A DNA stretch of 64,000 nucleotides, taken from assembly GCA_039683575.1 (NCBI GenBank), contig JBDKRC010000235.1:4100-68099 (forward strand), in the 5' to 3' direction. The stretch's first letter is position 1, and each line of letters starts with the position of its first letter. The position numbers were made by a program, and so were the translations under genes. The DNA is from Armatimonadia bacterium. GTDB lineage: Bacteria; Armatimonadota; Zipacnadia; Zipacnadales; UBA11051. Below, in pieces: positions 37,704 through 48,112 of the stretch. The notes beneath the pieces are model-generated. The model did not search any database and was not told the DNA's origin. It saw nothing but the letters and a program-made list of their open reading frames with translations.

Positions 37704-37737
37704 GGGTGGGTTCGCAGACCCTGCGGGCAAGGGGGGT
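37704..37737 (-). promoter_or_regulatory. Conserved promoter/operator motif, copy 8 (minus strand), upstream of int.
   Basis: The reverse complement reads CCCCCCTTGCCCGCAGGGTCTGCGAACCCACCC. Confidence 0.55.
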
Positions 37738-37848
37738 CGGTGGATACGCATAGCCATGACCGCCAGTATTGCCGCGTCTTACAAGCTGACTGCTCACGTC
37801 TCCCGTCTCATGTCATGTCGCCGGGCGTCCAGGCCAAACCCATATAAG

Positions 37849-37952
37849 GCTCCCTGCAACGGGGCTGTTGATCCTGATGTGGCGAGGCCGGGCAGCCGGA
37901 TGGCGACGACCAGCCAGGGATCTCTTCCGTGGCCTCCCGTTGCAGAGGGAGC
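37849..37952. repeat. Imperfect inverted repeat pair (GGCTCCCTGCAACGG ... CCGTTGCAGAGGGAGC) flanking about 75 bp between int and the methyltransferase gene. Candidate recombination (att) site or element boundary.
   Basis: Read directly. The local region is also lower in GC. Confidence 0.35.
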
Positions 37953-38011
37953 TGCGCTATGCGTTCAGCGAAGCGAAGTTCGTCGGTTGCTACGCCCGTG
38001 AAGGAGAGCGA

Positions 38012-39128
38012 GATGGTCGTCGGCTTCCCCGCCGCCGCTGTGGCAGGCAAGCGCGGGAGCTACCAGATCATCTGCGGCGACGCCGGGGAGGTGGTCCCGA
38101 TGCTGCCGCAGGTGCACGCCGTGGTGACATCGCCACCCTACTGGGGCAAGCGGATCTATGGGGACTCGGGAGTCGAAGTCGGCCGCGAGGGGAACGTCGA
38201 GCAGTACATCGAGACCTTGGTCAGCATCTTCACGTCGATCCCGCTCCACCCGCGTGGTTCGATCTGGGTCAACATCGGCGACAAGCGCGACCCACGGAAC
38301 GGTGGCCTGCTGGGCATCCCGCACCGCCTCGTCACTGCTATGATGCAGGCGGGGTTCATCCTGGTGGACGACAGTGTCTGGGCCAAGGGGATCGTTGGGG
38401 TGGACGGACGGACCCAAGGCGGATTCCTGACCGAGCCGGCGCGACACAGACTGAACGGCAATGCCTTCGAGCCGATGTACAGGTTCGTTCGCACGCGCAG
38501 GGCCAGCGATGCCTGGACTGACGTATATGCGGTGGCTATCCCCCGTCAGAACGTCCCCGACGTCCGCTACCTCCCCGAAGACCTGATGACCTGTCACACC
38601 TCCGTCGAGGGCCGCTGCCTCCCCAATGTGTGGCTGATCCCGATGGGCCAGACTAGCGAGAAGCACTTCGGTGTGTTTCCGGTGAGCCTCGTGGAGCGGT
38701 GCATCGCCATGGCCTGCCCCATCTGGGTCAATGGAGATAACTCCCTGGTTGAGAGGCGAATCGAGATGGTGCCCTACATCGAGGGTCGCGGCTCGGACCG
38801 CTATATGGGCAAGCGCTCTTTGGTGGCCGCGGATGATGGCGGGGAGATGCGTGCGATGTGCGGGCGCAATGACACCGGCCACGATTACGTTCCTCGCAAG
38901 CCGGTCACGCTCGGTTGGACCGAGTGCGACCCGGAGGGGCAGGCCGGAATCGTCCTGGACCCCTTCTGTGGCACGGGCACGACCGGCGTGGCGGCGCTGA
39001 AGCTGGGGCGCTCCTTCATCGGCATCGATCTCTACGACGCGTACTGCGAGATCGCCCGTGGCCGCTGTGAGGAGACGCTGCACTTCCTTAACGAGCACGG
39101 GCTGGATCCGCTGGCACTGATGCGGTGA
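38012..39128 (+). CDS. Beta-class N4/N6 DNA amino-methyltransferase (orphan, no cognate endonuclease seen).
   Basis: Motif IV VVTSPPYWG precedes motif I VLDPFCGTGTTGVAA (beta-class order). A GGAG RBS lies before the ATG at 38012. Confidence 0.75.
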
Positions 39129-39292
39129 GTGGGTCCGTCGTGAGCACCACGCCCGACATGTGGAGCGGACCGAGTAGACCTGTATAAGGGAATCGTGTTG
39201 GGCAGAGGCGTGGACACCGACTTGGCGCACTGGGACGACGCAGCATGGCGTCTCCTCTCACGCAATCAGCATAACCTAAGGAGCAATGAGCT

Positions 39293-39643
39293 ATGGAGCA
39301 CAAAGCCACGTTGTACGTCCCGGCGCCGGAGTTCGACGCCGTGTGCCGGGAGTGTAACCGCGAGCAGAACAGCGACGACGGAACTCTCTTCGATGAGGAG
39401 GTCCATTTCGCCAGTGGCACGATGATGGCGGTACAGGTGTGCCCCTCGAAGGGTTCGACTGTCTGGACCCAGGGTGTGCTCTTTGAGCGCGCCAACGACG
39501 GGGGCTTCTATGAAGTCGGGTGTACCGGCGTGAGAGACGACATAGGCGGAGAGTACATCGTGTACGAGGGCGACGATGAGTACGTCGTCACGGTGGTGCG
39601 TGCCAAACAGGACCGGGAGCGCCGCGTCGGGCTTGCGGTGTAG
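39293..39643 (+). CDS. Hypothetical protein (116 aa).
   Basis: AAGGAG lies 8 nt upstream of the ATG (MEHKATLYVPAPEFDAVCRECNREQNSDDGTLFDEE...). Confidence 0.5.
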   Translation: MEHKATLYVPAPEFDAVCRECNREQNSDDGTLFDEEVHFASGTMMAVQVCPSKGSTVWTQGVLFERANDGGFYEVGCTGVRDDIGGEYIVYEGDDEYVVTVVRAKQDRERRVGLAV

Positions 39644-40275
39644 TCGTCTCAGGCCAACTAGGGAGCGGTCGCTGTGGACTCGGACTAGATCTGCGTCGAA
39701 GACAGCATCTTCAGGAACAGATGCCCCCACTGTTACGAGTGCCGGAGCCACCATCGGACATGTAGCGCCCTGACGGCGATTGACGTAGTATCCAAAAAGA
39801 GATGAGCGGCTCGCTGACATGGGGCCAGATGGGTGAACCGGGGTGTCCCGGCTGGATACGGACGGAAGAGCCCGACACGCCTTCCGAGACGCGGCATCGG
39901 AACGCCACGGTGGAGCGACGCCTGGCATCGCCGCTTGTGATTCAAGAATGACCCAATGTGACGGCGGAATCCTGTTTTCAGCGCACGCTGGCAACAGGGC
40001 TTGCCAACGACGGGGCCGCTCACATTCAACATGAGACGCTGCGGCGTACAATGGCTCCAGATCGAAGGCCTCGGCCGAGCATGAAGCGCGACACGGTTGT
40101 GGGGGGATGTGTCCACCGAGGGTGATGGCGTGCGGGGCTCGTGCTGCGGGATGACGCCACCGCCACCCCCGATTGCATATGAGGAATCGTCCTTTCGTGG
40201 TACGGGCCCACGACGTAACATCCCTCCAGACATCGAGGCCGTCGGGGCCCCAGAGACATAAGGAGAAAAACCAGA

Positions 40276-40830
40276 ATGGCTAACCCAACCAGTCGCAGTC
40301 AGAAGCCCACATCGCGATCGACCGAACCGTGGCGGGTGGACACGGAGGCGGCCTTCGTCAACTCGGTGTCACCTACGCCCGACGGCTCGGCCCTGTCGGT
40401 GCGTTTCGGGCTCGTGAGGTTCTACTTGGTTCCGCAGGGGGCAGAGGCTGCCGACGTGGCGACGCTCGGAGAACTGGTGCGCGAACTCTGCGGCGTCAGC
40501 CGGACCCGCGGCGCGCCCATCTACGTGAAGCTCTGGGATCCCCGTGGCCGCCCTCCCCGCAAGTTCACTGAACTGTCCAAACCACCTCAGACGGAGAGGT
40601 GGGCCCGGCTGGGTCTCATCGCTGCCAGCCTTGAGCACCAGCCCTTGGGGCATTGGTACGAGTTGGTCCTGACGACGTTAATGGTCGAGCACGGGGGCAC
40701 ACTTGGGGCCCGTGTCAGGGCCGGCGACGCGGTACATCTCGTGATTCGAGTTCCTGAGGATGAGGGCTGCCGTCGATTGGCAGAGGTCGTTGTTGCCAAC
40801 GTTCAGGCAATATGCCGGACGATCGCGTAA
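40276..40830 (+). CDS. Hypothetical protein (184 aa).
   Basis: AAGGAG lies upstream (MANPTSRSQKPTSRSTEPWRVDTEAAFVNSVSPTPDGSALSVRFGLVRFYLVPQG...). Confidence 0.5.
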   Translation: MANPTSRSQKPTSRSTEPWRVDTEAAFVNSVSPTPDGSALSVRFGLVRFYLVPQGAEAADVATLGELVRELCGVSRTRGAPIYVKLWDPRGRPPRKFTELSKPPQTERWARLGLIAASLEHQPLGHWYELVLTTLMVEHGGTLGARVRAGDAVHLVIRVPEDEGCRRLAEVVVANVQAICRTIA

Positions 40831-41442
40831 CGCCGACCGCCGGCGTGCCACGAGCCGTCCCAAGCACAGGCCGCACCGGCACCGCATATGCGGGCCGGAT
40901 CACGACGGAGATGGTGAGCATTATGAGCACGCTCTTTGCGGGGACGTACGAGGATACTGTCCAGGGCCGGGCGACCCGGCTGCTGGCGGGCGTGGCCCAG
41001 GTCGTGGAGTTGCACTTGGGTTCGAGGAGGACGACGAGAACAAGGTCGGCTGTATGATCGACCTGCACCGGATCGAACGGGACGATCTGCCCGAGGACCA
41101 GCGGTCGCTGTGCGACGAGCTGCGGGCGTACTTCGGGATCGAGTAGGAGCGCAGGGGGGAAGAGCCGGGCACACCACAGGACGCACGCCACGGCGTCGCT
41201 TGGGCGGGCCGACATCACGATGAGAAGGTGAAAAATGATGCCCAATGCATATGAGTTGCAGTTGAGGTCGCCCCCTACGGGGCGCAAGAACGGCGACGGG
41301 TCCGCGAGTCAGATTCGCGAACCCGTCAACAGGGGGGATGGTTGAGATCCGTCCCGTGGATCGTATACACCGGAGTCAGGGCTATGTCAAGGCCGCCGGG
41401 CAGAGGCCGCCACGGGATGCGGGCAAAAGGCCTTCGCACACT

Positions 41443-42096
41443 ATGAATATGAAGGGGATCACCCCGATGCTCAACGAGAACCTTGCCGCAGGAGTCAGGG
41501 CGGTGCCGACGCCGCACACGCAGCGGCCGCCGGGGATGACGGAGATGACGGAGATGACGGAGACCGTCATCAGGACGCCCGAAGGGGCCTACAGCACCAG
41601 GGATGAGGTCCAGGTGGCAGGCTGGTACGTGGATGATGTTCGCGTACCGGTCGCACACGAAGACGAGTTGCGTACCGAGCAGTGGTATGTTGACGATGAT
41701 GGTGCCCCGATCGCCCTGGACGGGGAATTGCGGGTTGAAGAGTGGGCCGTTGACGACTACGGGGACCCCATCGCAAGGGAACTGGACCTCGAGTGGGTCG
41801 AGCTCTACATCGATTCCAGCGGGAAGCCGATCGGCGAGGTCGATGAGTGCGTCGAAGTGCCCGCCCACCGCGGCGACAACTGCCAGGTATGCGTCCGGCG
41901 GGGTCGGTCGACCCAAACCGTCCCAGCCACGTCGCTGGCCTCCGGCGCGCAGATCGTCGGTGTGATCTGCCCCGACTGCGGCTCCACTGTAGCCTGGCGT
42001 GATGGCGCTGGCATTGTGGCGGAGTGCGAGTGTGGTGGCCTGATCTCCATGGCCTCTATCATTGCGAGGCCTTCGGCCAACGCGAAGGCTGGATAG
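41443..42096 (+). CDS. Hypothetical protein with internal repeats and a C-terminal zinc ribbon (about 217 aa).
   Basis: Three repeats (GWYVDDVRVPVA / EQWYVDDDGAPIA / EEWAVDDYGDPIA), then C-terminal CQVC...CPDCGS...CECGG. Confidence 0.4.
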   Translation: MNMKGITPMLNENLAAGVRAVPTPHTQRPPGMTEMTEMTETVIRTPEGAYSTRDEVQVAGWYVDDVRVPVAHEDELRTEQWYVDDDGAPIALDGELRVEEWAVDDYGDPIARELDLEWVELYIDSSGKPIGEVDECVEVPAHRGDNCQVCVRRGRSTQTVPATSLASGAQIVGVICPDCGSTVAWRDGAGIVAECECGGLISMASIIARPSANAKAG

Positions 42097-43653
42097 CGGC
42101 TTGCTGCGGGAGGCCCGGGCGGATGCCCGGTGATCCGCCCGGACCTCCGTTCAACGAGCCGAGCAGCGCGCCGTGCGCGAGTATCCCGAATGCGTACCGC
42201 CGGAGCGTATCGCGTCGGTTTCGCCGACAGGGATGGCATTGCATCCCGTGCACACATGGTTACTGAACATACCTACTGCCATCCAGACTGCGGCACGACA
42301 GACCAAGGGGAGTAACCGGGCAAGGCCCAAGTGGAACGGAGACGCATACCGTCCGTTCCATCGGCGGCCAAGCACCAGATGATGCACGGCGCAACGCAAC
42401 GGGTCGATCTGGCACACGATGATCCGGCGCATACCACGGTGCGGTTCGGGCACGAAGGAATGATCACCAATGGACAAGACAGCGTGCAACACGCGGGGAG
42501 ATGATGTCCGCAGGCCGACACTTGACAAGCCGATCGTTACGATCGAAGTCGCCCACCCCGCGAGGGAGGTGCCCGATGATGACGCTCCGTTCGAGCACGC
42601 CCTACGCATACGGATTCGCGGATATGATCTACTACTGCTGGCTCTGTGACCGCATCCCCCTGACCATGGAAGAGCGGCACCCGAGCTTCCTGTTCAAGGC
42701 GCAACTCGTCGCCCCTGACTGCGCGATGTACGGCATCCCCGACTACTGGATGTCACCGGGATCGACTTCCCGGACGGGTGCGATCACACCAATGGGGCGG
42801 ACGAGCTCTGCTTTGGCCCCCACGGCTTCAGCGACGTTGTGCTTCGCCTCGTCTCCGAGTTGCGGGCCGAACCGTGGGATGCCAACCTCACAGACGAACA
42901 CCGAAGGATGCCCTGGGAGGACACGCCTGGGATGCGAGAGCTGATTGACAAGTTGGCAGGGCTACGCTACCCGGCAATGGCCACCGAAGAGCACCGGCAT
43001 CGCACTGGCGGGCTCTGATTGCCCGTCGCTCTGCGAAGTGCTTCTGCCTGCTGGGCCAACTGGGACTGGTGAACGTGACAATCTCCGAGATGCAGCATCT
43101 ATATCAGACCGCGATGGCGCCGATTGTCGGCGCAGCACTGGCTGAGTTCCTGAGCGGGCAGAGCCGCCGAGCGGTGCCATCCTCCAGCTACGCTGCATCG
43201 GAGACCAGTCGTTCCGCCTATGCCGATAGCCAGAAGACAACAGCCTTTGCCGTATGCGTGCTCGCTCTCCGCTTGTGTCTCGCCTCCCTCTACTATGACC
43301 AGCATGATCAGCATGATCAGGGTCGCTGCTTCAAGCGACTCGATCTCTTGCCCGCCATCTCGCAGGAATGGTGGCACTGTGCGTAGGCACTCCATCGCGG
43401 CCACATCCGGACCGCTGAGCGTCCTGCGATGGCCCGCCTGATCTCTGCCTGTTGGCGCCATCCATCGCAGTGTCATCGCCGCATTTGCGTTGCTAATATG
43501 CGCTGAGAAACTGGCTCACGTGTTCAGGCGCGACCACTCTCCCTGCGCGGCTATGCCCGAATGGATTCCGCCACAAAGAAGACGCGAAGGCCTCCTGCGC
43601 GGTAAACTGGAGACGGCGGATGCCGCCTAGCCATACACCGGTCAAGGACAGCA

Positions 43654-45117
43654 ATGCGTTGCGCCATCTACATCAGGGTTTCCACTGAAGAGCAGGCCCG
43701 TGACGGCCTCTCTCTCGATATGCAGAGACACCGCTGTGAACAGGCCGCGTTCGCAGCAGGGGCGGCGAGTATCGAGCACTTCTGCGATGACGGCTACTCC
43801 GGCACTAGGTCAGACAATCGTCCGGCGCTGCAGGGCTTCCTCAGCCGCCTCTCTGAGTTCGACGTGCTCTACGTCTGGAAGTTGGATCGGCTGGCGCGAT
43901 CGGCGAGGGATTGGCATAACATCATGCACGTCCTCGCGGCGGCTGACGTAGGGTTTGTGAGCATATCGGAAGCGATCGACGCCCACGGGATTGTCGGCAA
44001 GGCCACCCTTGGCATCCTGGCGAACGTTGCCGAGCTTTTCGTCGACATACTGCGAGAGAATGTGAAGGCCGCGCTGGCGGAGCGCACACAGCGGGGGCTC
44101 ACGCTGGGCCCCGTACCCTTTGGCTATCAGCGCGGTGCCAAGGGTGACCCAATCCTGCCGGATCCGCACACCGCACCAATCCTGCTAGAACTCTACCAGC
44201 GTTACGCCGAAGGGGAGACCATCGCCGGCCTTGCCAAGTGGTTGACGATCGCCACGAAGCGATCTACCCCTTGGGCGCCGACGGTGGTTCGGAAGATGCT
44301 GACCAATCCCGTGTACGCCGGACGCATCGTTCACAATGGGGAGGTGTTGGAGGGACTACATGTTGCCATCGTGCCCGATGACGTCTGGCGGGCGGCACAG
44401 GCACGCTGCCGTGAGAGCCAGCGGGTACATCCACCCGCCCGTCAACGGTCGCTGGCTCCGGTGTACCGCTGTGGCTTCTGCGGTGCAGCGGTTATGCGGC
44501 ATACTGGCAACCAAGCCTGCTATGGGTGCAGTGTACGCCAGTACGCGCCGCCGGCAGACCGTCACGCTCCTCTGTGGGTACCCATTGTGAAGGTTGAGCA
44601 CTACACCTGGGAAGTTGTCAGGTGGCTGACTTCAGATGAGGCCGCAGACATTGCACACCGTCGTCAGCAAGTACAGGCCACCGGCAAGCACAAAGGAGGC
44701 CGGACGGTGCTATTGACGGCAGAGCGAGACGAGATGATCTCTGCCATAGCGTACAATCTGGAGGCAGCACGGCTGGGCGCCGTTCCGGTGACGATCTTGA
44801 TAGATCAGAACCGACCTCTGCAGGCTAGGCTGGGGCAGATCGACACGGAACTCGCCCGTCTCGTCTATGATGAGCCAGACCCAGTCCCCCATCTATCGCA
44901 GGGCGAGCTTCTGGCCTTAGTGCAGTCTGCGTCCGCGGAAGAGCAGCGTTTGTTCCTGCGCAGTGTCTTTGACCGAGTGGAGCTATTCCCTGACCGTATG
45001 CGGTTCATCCTACGGTCGGCGGGGCTACCCCCTCTTGTGGCAGAACTGCCAAGATACTACGCCCCCGGACGTGGCGTATCCCCGCCCCTCGCGCTCCACG
45101 CAGACCCCCCTACCTGA
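43654..45117 (+). CDS. Large serine recombinase (serine integrase).
   Basis: Resolvase catalytic domain IYIRVSTEEQ (nucleophilic Ser) and DRLARS, followed by a recombinase domain (W..V..MLTNPVYAGR) and a C-terminal Cys-rich (CGFCG...CYGC) zinc-ribbon/coiled-coil region. GC is about 60%, lower than the upstream DNA. Confidence 0.9.
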   Translation: MRCAIYIRVSTEEQARDGLSLDMQRHRCEQAAFAAGAASIEHFCDDGYSGTRSDNRPALQGFLSRLSEFDVLYVWKLDRLARSARDWHNIMHVLAAADVGFVSISEAIDAHGIVGKATLGILANVAELFVDILRENVKAALAERTQRGLTLGPVPFGYQRGAKGDPILPDPHTAPILLELYQRYAEGETIAGLAKWLTIATKRSTPWAPTVVRKMLTNPVYAGRIVHNGEVLEGLHVAIVPDDVWRAAQARCRESQRVHPPARQRSLAPVYRCGFCGAAVMRHTGNQACYGCSVRQYAPPADRHAPLWVPIVKVEHYTWEVVRWLTSDEAADIAHRRQQVQATGKHKGGRTVLLTAERDEMISAIAYNLEAARLGAVPVTILIDQNRPLQARLGQIDTELARLVYDEPDPVPHLSQGELLALVQSASAEEQRLFLRSVFDRVELFPDRMRFILRSAGLPPLVAELPRYYAPGRGVSPPLALHADPPT

Positions 45118-45264
45118 AGTGACGCGCCTAGCAGGATTCGGGCCTGTTCCTGCAGAAGATCAGACCTCGGCACAGGGTCGTGGCGGGCGGCGTCAGCCGG
45201 TTGCCTACGCGCCGTGTCGCCAAGGTATGCCTCAGCAACCTAGACCCCAAGGGAGACCTCTGAT

Positions 45265-46299
45265 ATGGCCAAACGCAATTTATCAATGATTGAATACTTC
45301 AACAAGATGGCAAAGAACTGGGTCCCGCTGCTGACCTTCCAGGGCAACTCGCTCGCTGAATTCGAGGACTGGCAGGCCAAGGCCAGCGAGAAGTTTTTCG
45401 AGCTTCTCGGCGACTTTCCCCAGTCGGTGGATTCGGAGCCGGAGATCATCTACTCCATCGAAGAAGATGGGATCATCCGCGAAAAGGTAATCTTCGACTC
45501 CGAGGAGGAGATGTCCGTCCCGTGCGTAGTCCTGCGGCCGACCGATATGGAGGCCGACGGCACCAACGCCGCAATCCTGTGCAGCCACGGCCACGGGCCG
45601 TACGGCAAAGAGCCTGTGGCCGGCAACAAGTCCAGCGCCGGGCTGCGCGAGCAGATCGCCGCCCACCAGTACAACTATGGCGAGATCATGGCCCGTGCGG
45701 GGTATATGACACTCTCGCCCGACCTGCGTGTGTTCGGCGAACGTTCCGACGGCGGCAACCCCTACCCCGGCCGCGACCGTTGCAACGTGCAGTTCCTGCG
45801 CGGGGCGATGTGGGGCGTGTACACGCTGATGCTCAACATCTGGGACATGAAGTGCTGCGTAGACTACCTGCAGTCGCGCGCTGAGATGAACCCCGACCGC
45901 ATAGGCATGATGGGCCTGAGCCAGGGAGGCACGATGACGACCTTCGCCACGGCCGCCGAGCCGCGGATCAAGTGCGCCGACATCATCGGCTACCTGATCC
46001 CGTGGGAGCACCTTGCCATCAACCGGGCCAACTGGTGCGGAAGCCAGATGATTCCCGGCGTGTATCGCTTCTTTGACGTGCCGGATATCGCCGGCCTGAT
46101 CGCCCCGCGCCCACTCCTCATCGAGATGGGCGTACAGGACAGCGGCTTCTTCATCGAGGAGCAGTTGAAGGCGTTCGACCACCTCAAGCGGATCTACGAC
46201 GCGGCGGGCGCAGGCGAGGACCTGTGGCAGGACATGCATCCGGGAGAGCATGCGTTTGCCAACAACAAGGCGCACGAGTTCTTTGGGAAGTATCTGTGA
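45265..46299 (+). CDS. Alpha/beta-hydrolase-fold esterase (dienelactone-hydrolase/acetyl-esterase-like, 344 aa).
   Basis: Nucleophile elbow GLSQGG, a CSHGHGPYG block, and C-terminal DSGFF...HPGEHAF. GC is about 55%. Confidence 0.6.
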   Translation: MAKRNLSMIEYFNKMAKNWVPLLTFQGNSLAEFEDWQAKASEKFFELLGDFPQSVDSEPEIIYSIEEDGIIREKVIFDSEEEMSVPCVVLRPTDMEADGTNAAILCSHGHGPYGKEPVAGNKSSAGLREQIAAHQYNYGEIMARAGYMTLSPDLRVFGERSDGGNPYPGRDRCNVQFLRGAMWGVYTLMLNIWDMKCCVDYLQSRAEMNPDRIGMMGLSQGGTMTTFATAAEPRIKCADIIGYLIPWEHLAINRANWCGSQMIPGVYRFFDVPDIAGLIAPRPLLIEMGVQDSGFFIEEQLKAFDHLKRIYDAAGAGEDLWQDMHPGEHAFANNKAHEFFGKYL

Positions 46300-46338
46300 G
46301 CGAAGGAGATCAGCACGCACTGCCCATGGAGGAAGACT

Positions 46339-47562
46339 ATGCCAAACGAGCACGCCACCGGCACCAGACGGCTCAGGGGAGAGGCAGTCATCGCCTGCGC
46401 ATTGGCGTCCGCGTTCCTTCTGCTCTCCACCGCTCGGACGCAGGCCCAGCAGGCCGATGTCTCCAGTCTCTGGGTTAACGACAATAAGGGCGACGACAAT
46501 GCGACTGGTGACCGTGCGCATCCTCTGAAGTCGATCTCGGTTGCCTTGTCCAAGCTATCGGAACCCCTGCTGCACGGGGTGACCATCCACTGGGCCGGCG
46601 GCACGATCCTGTCCAGCGGCGGCAGGTGGATGCTTCCGGATCGCCTGCAACTTATGCTCCGCATGCTCCCCAGTGCGGGCGTGCGAATCGTCGGCGAACC
46701 CAACGAAGCGGGAGCGCTTCCGGTGCTGGCGTTCCGGGGTGATCCACTGGTTGATGTTGTCGAGGGCAACTGGTGGCTGGAAAACTTGCAGATCGGCAAC
46801 GGCAATTACGCTTGCGGTTTGAGGGCAACGGGGCCCGGGGTGGTGCGCCTCAGCAACGTGACGTTCCGCATCTATACCAACAGCGGCTGTGCCATACAGG
46901 CCCGTCGAGGCGGTCTGGTCGAACTCAGCGGCGCGATCAAGATCAATGAACACCTCCACGACCAAGCACCCCCTGACAGCTTTGCCAGTATCGTGGCGGA
47001 GTACTCCGGCATCGTCCGCTACGTCGACAGCGACCATAGTTCGCTCGATATGGGCAACGGTCAGTTGTCGACCAGCTACTATGGCGTGATCGAGCTCGGG
47101 GCCAAGGACGTGCGCGTCACAAGCTGGGGCGGGCAGAGCAACTGCGTCGCCATCAATGACAGTGGCCGCATCGACTTCCATGGCTCAACGATCCGACTGT
47201 GTGCCCGCCTCAAAGGCAACACACCTGTCGGCCTTGAGGACGATGGGCATGTGCTGGGCGAGGGAGCTCACTTGATCATCGAGGGTGACAACAACAACGC
47301 CATCGTTCTCCAGAAGAACAGCGCCTTCGGATGCACTACGGTCGAACTAAGAGGGCCTATCCGGACGGCGGTCAGTGCGATGAGCGGATCCACCTTTCAC
47401 GGCGGCTTTCTTGGCGACATCGGAAGTGTGGACGTCGACACGGGTGCCTGCGTTGCAATCGGCGAGGTCCAGGGGCGCATCACCGGGCAAGTGACTGCCA
47501 TCCGTGGCGGCACAGTCGTCCTTCCAGGAGGCAAGGTCATATTTGGTCAGGGCGGCCTCTAG
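46339..47562 (+). CDS. Secreted right-handed parallel beta-helix-like protein (407 aa).
   Basis: Signal peptide (VIACALASAFLLLSTARTQAQQ), then WVNDNKGDDNATGDRAHPLKSISVAL and Gly/Asn-rich repetitive strands. Confidence 0.4.
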   Translation: MPNEHATGTRRLRGEAVIACALASAFLLLSTARTQAQQADVSSLWVNDNKGDDNATGDRAHPLKSISVALSKLSEPLLHGVTIHWAGGTILSSGGRWMLPDRLQLMLRMLPSAGVRIVGEPNEAGALPVLAFRGDPLVDVVEGNWWLENLQIGNGNYACGLRATGPGVVRLSNVTFRIYTNSGCAIQARRGGLVELSGAIKINEHLHDQAPPDSFASIVAEYSGIVRYVDSDHSSLDMGNGQLSTSYYGVIELGAKDVRVTSWGGQSNCVAINDSGRIDFHGSTIRLCARLKGNTPVGLEDDGHVLGEGAHLIIEGDNNNAIVLQKNSAFGCTTVELRGPIRTAVSAMSGSTFHGGFLGDIGSVDVDTGACVAIGEVQGRITGQVTAIRGGTVVLPGGKVIFGQGGL

Positions 47563-47585
47563 GCGCCCGACCGGGCCTCATCGCT

Positions 47586-47818
47586 CCCCGCCGCTGCTGA
47601 TCGAGATGGGCGTACAGGACAGCGGTTTCTTCATTCAGCGCTTGCTCAAGCAACTGGCGGCGTATGACTACCTGAGGTGCATCGCAGATGCACCTCATAG
47701 CGCATCTATGACGCGGCGGGAGCCGGCGAGGACCTGCGCCAGGACATGCCCCCAGTGAGCACGCGTTTCTTAACAACAAGGTGCACCAGTTCTTCGGAGA
47801 GCACTTGTCGAGCGTCTG
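47586..47818 (+). pseudogene. Degenerate copy of the 3' end of the 45265-46299 hydrolase gene (frameshifted, with indels).
   Basis: ccgctgctgatcgagatgggcgtacaggacagcgg is nearly identical to 46108-46160. Downstream, atctatgacgcggcgggagccggcgaggacctg...aacaacaaggtgcaccagttcttcgg is a diverged homolog of the gene end. It contains the perfect palindrome GAGGTGCATC-GCA-GATGCACCTC at about 47672-47694. Confidence 0.7.
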
Positions 47819-48112
47819 ACCACTGAGCAGTCTCCCACGTCGGGGCTTGGCCGCCGGCCACGGTTCAGCACCACTACTGAGGAGCTACTTATGTCGCGGT
47901 CCGCACCCGCTGGGATGAGAATGCGCAAGATGGTGGCTGATGTCGGCGGCCGGAGCGGAGTCCGGGCGAACTAGACTCCGCCGCCTGTCAGGCGAACCTG
48001 ACACCCGCCGACTCGATGGTTTGGTGCCCGCCAAGGCGGCCCTGCCCATCTTTCCATTTCTTTGCCGTTGCCGTTACCATCCTCGCCGTTATTCTCAGAG
48101 GAGGTTCGTCAC

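Noticed and set aside
37704-37725. tRNA gene at element junctions (e.g. GGGTGGGTTCGCAGACCC near 37704)
   Set aside because: No cloverleaf, no CCA end and no T-loop consensus. The sequence is the regulatory motif in reverse orientation, not a tRNA.
37965-39230. 421-aa minus-strand ORF
   Set aside because: Antisense to the amino-methyltransferase gene, which has clear motifs IV and I and an RBS.
45283-46521. 412-aa minus-strand ORF
   Set aside because: Antisense to the alpha/beta-hydrolase gene, which has the GLSQGG nucleophile elbow and is conserved across the 3'-end copies.
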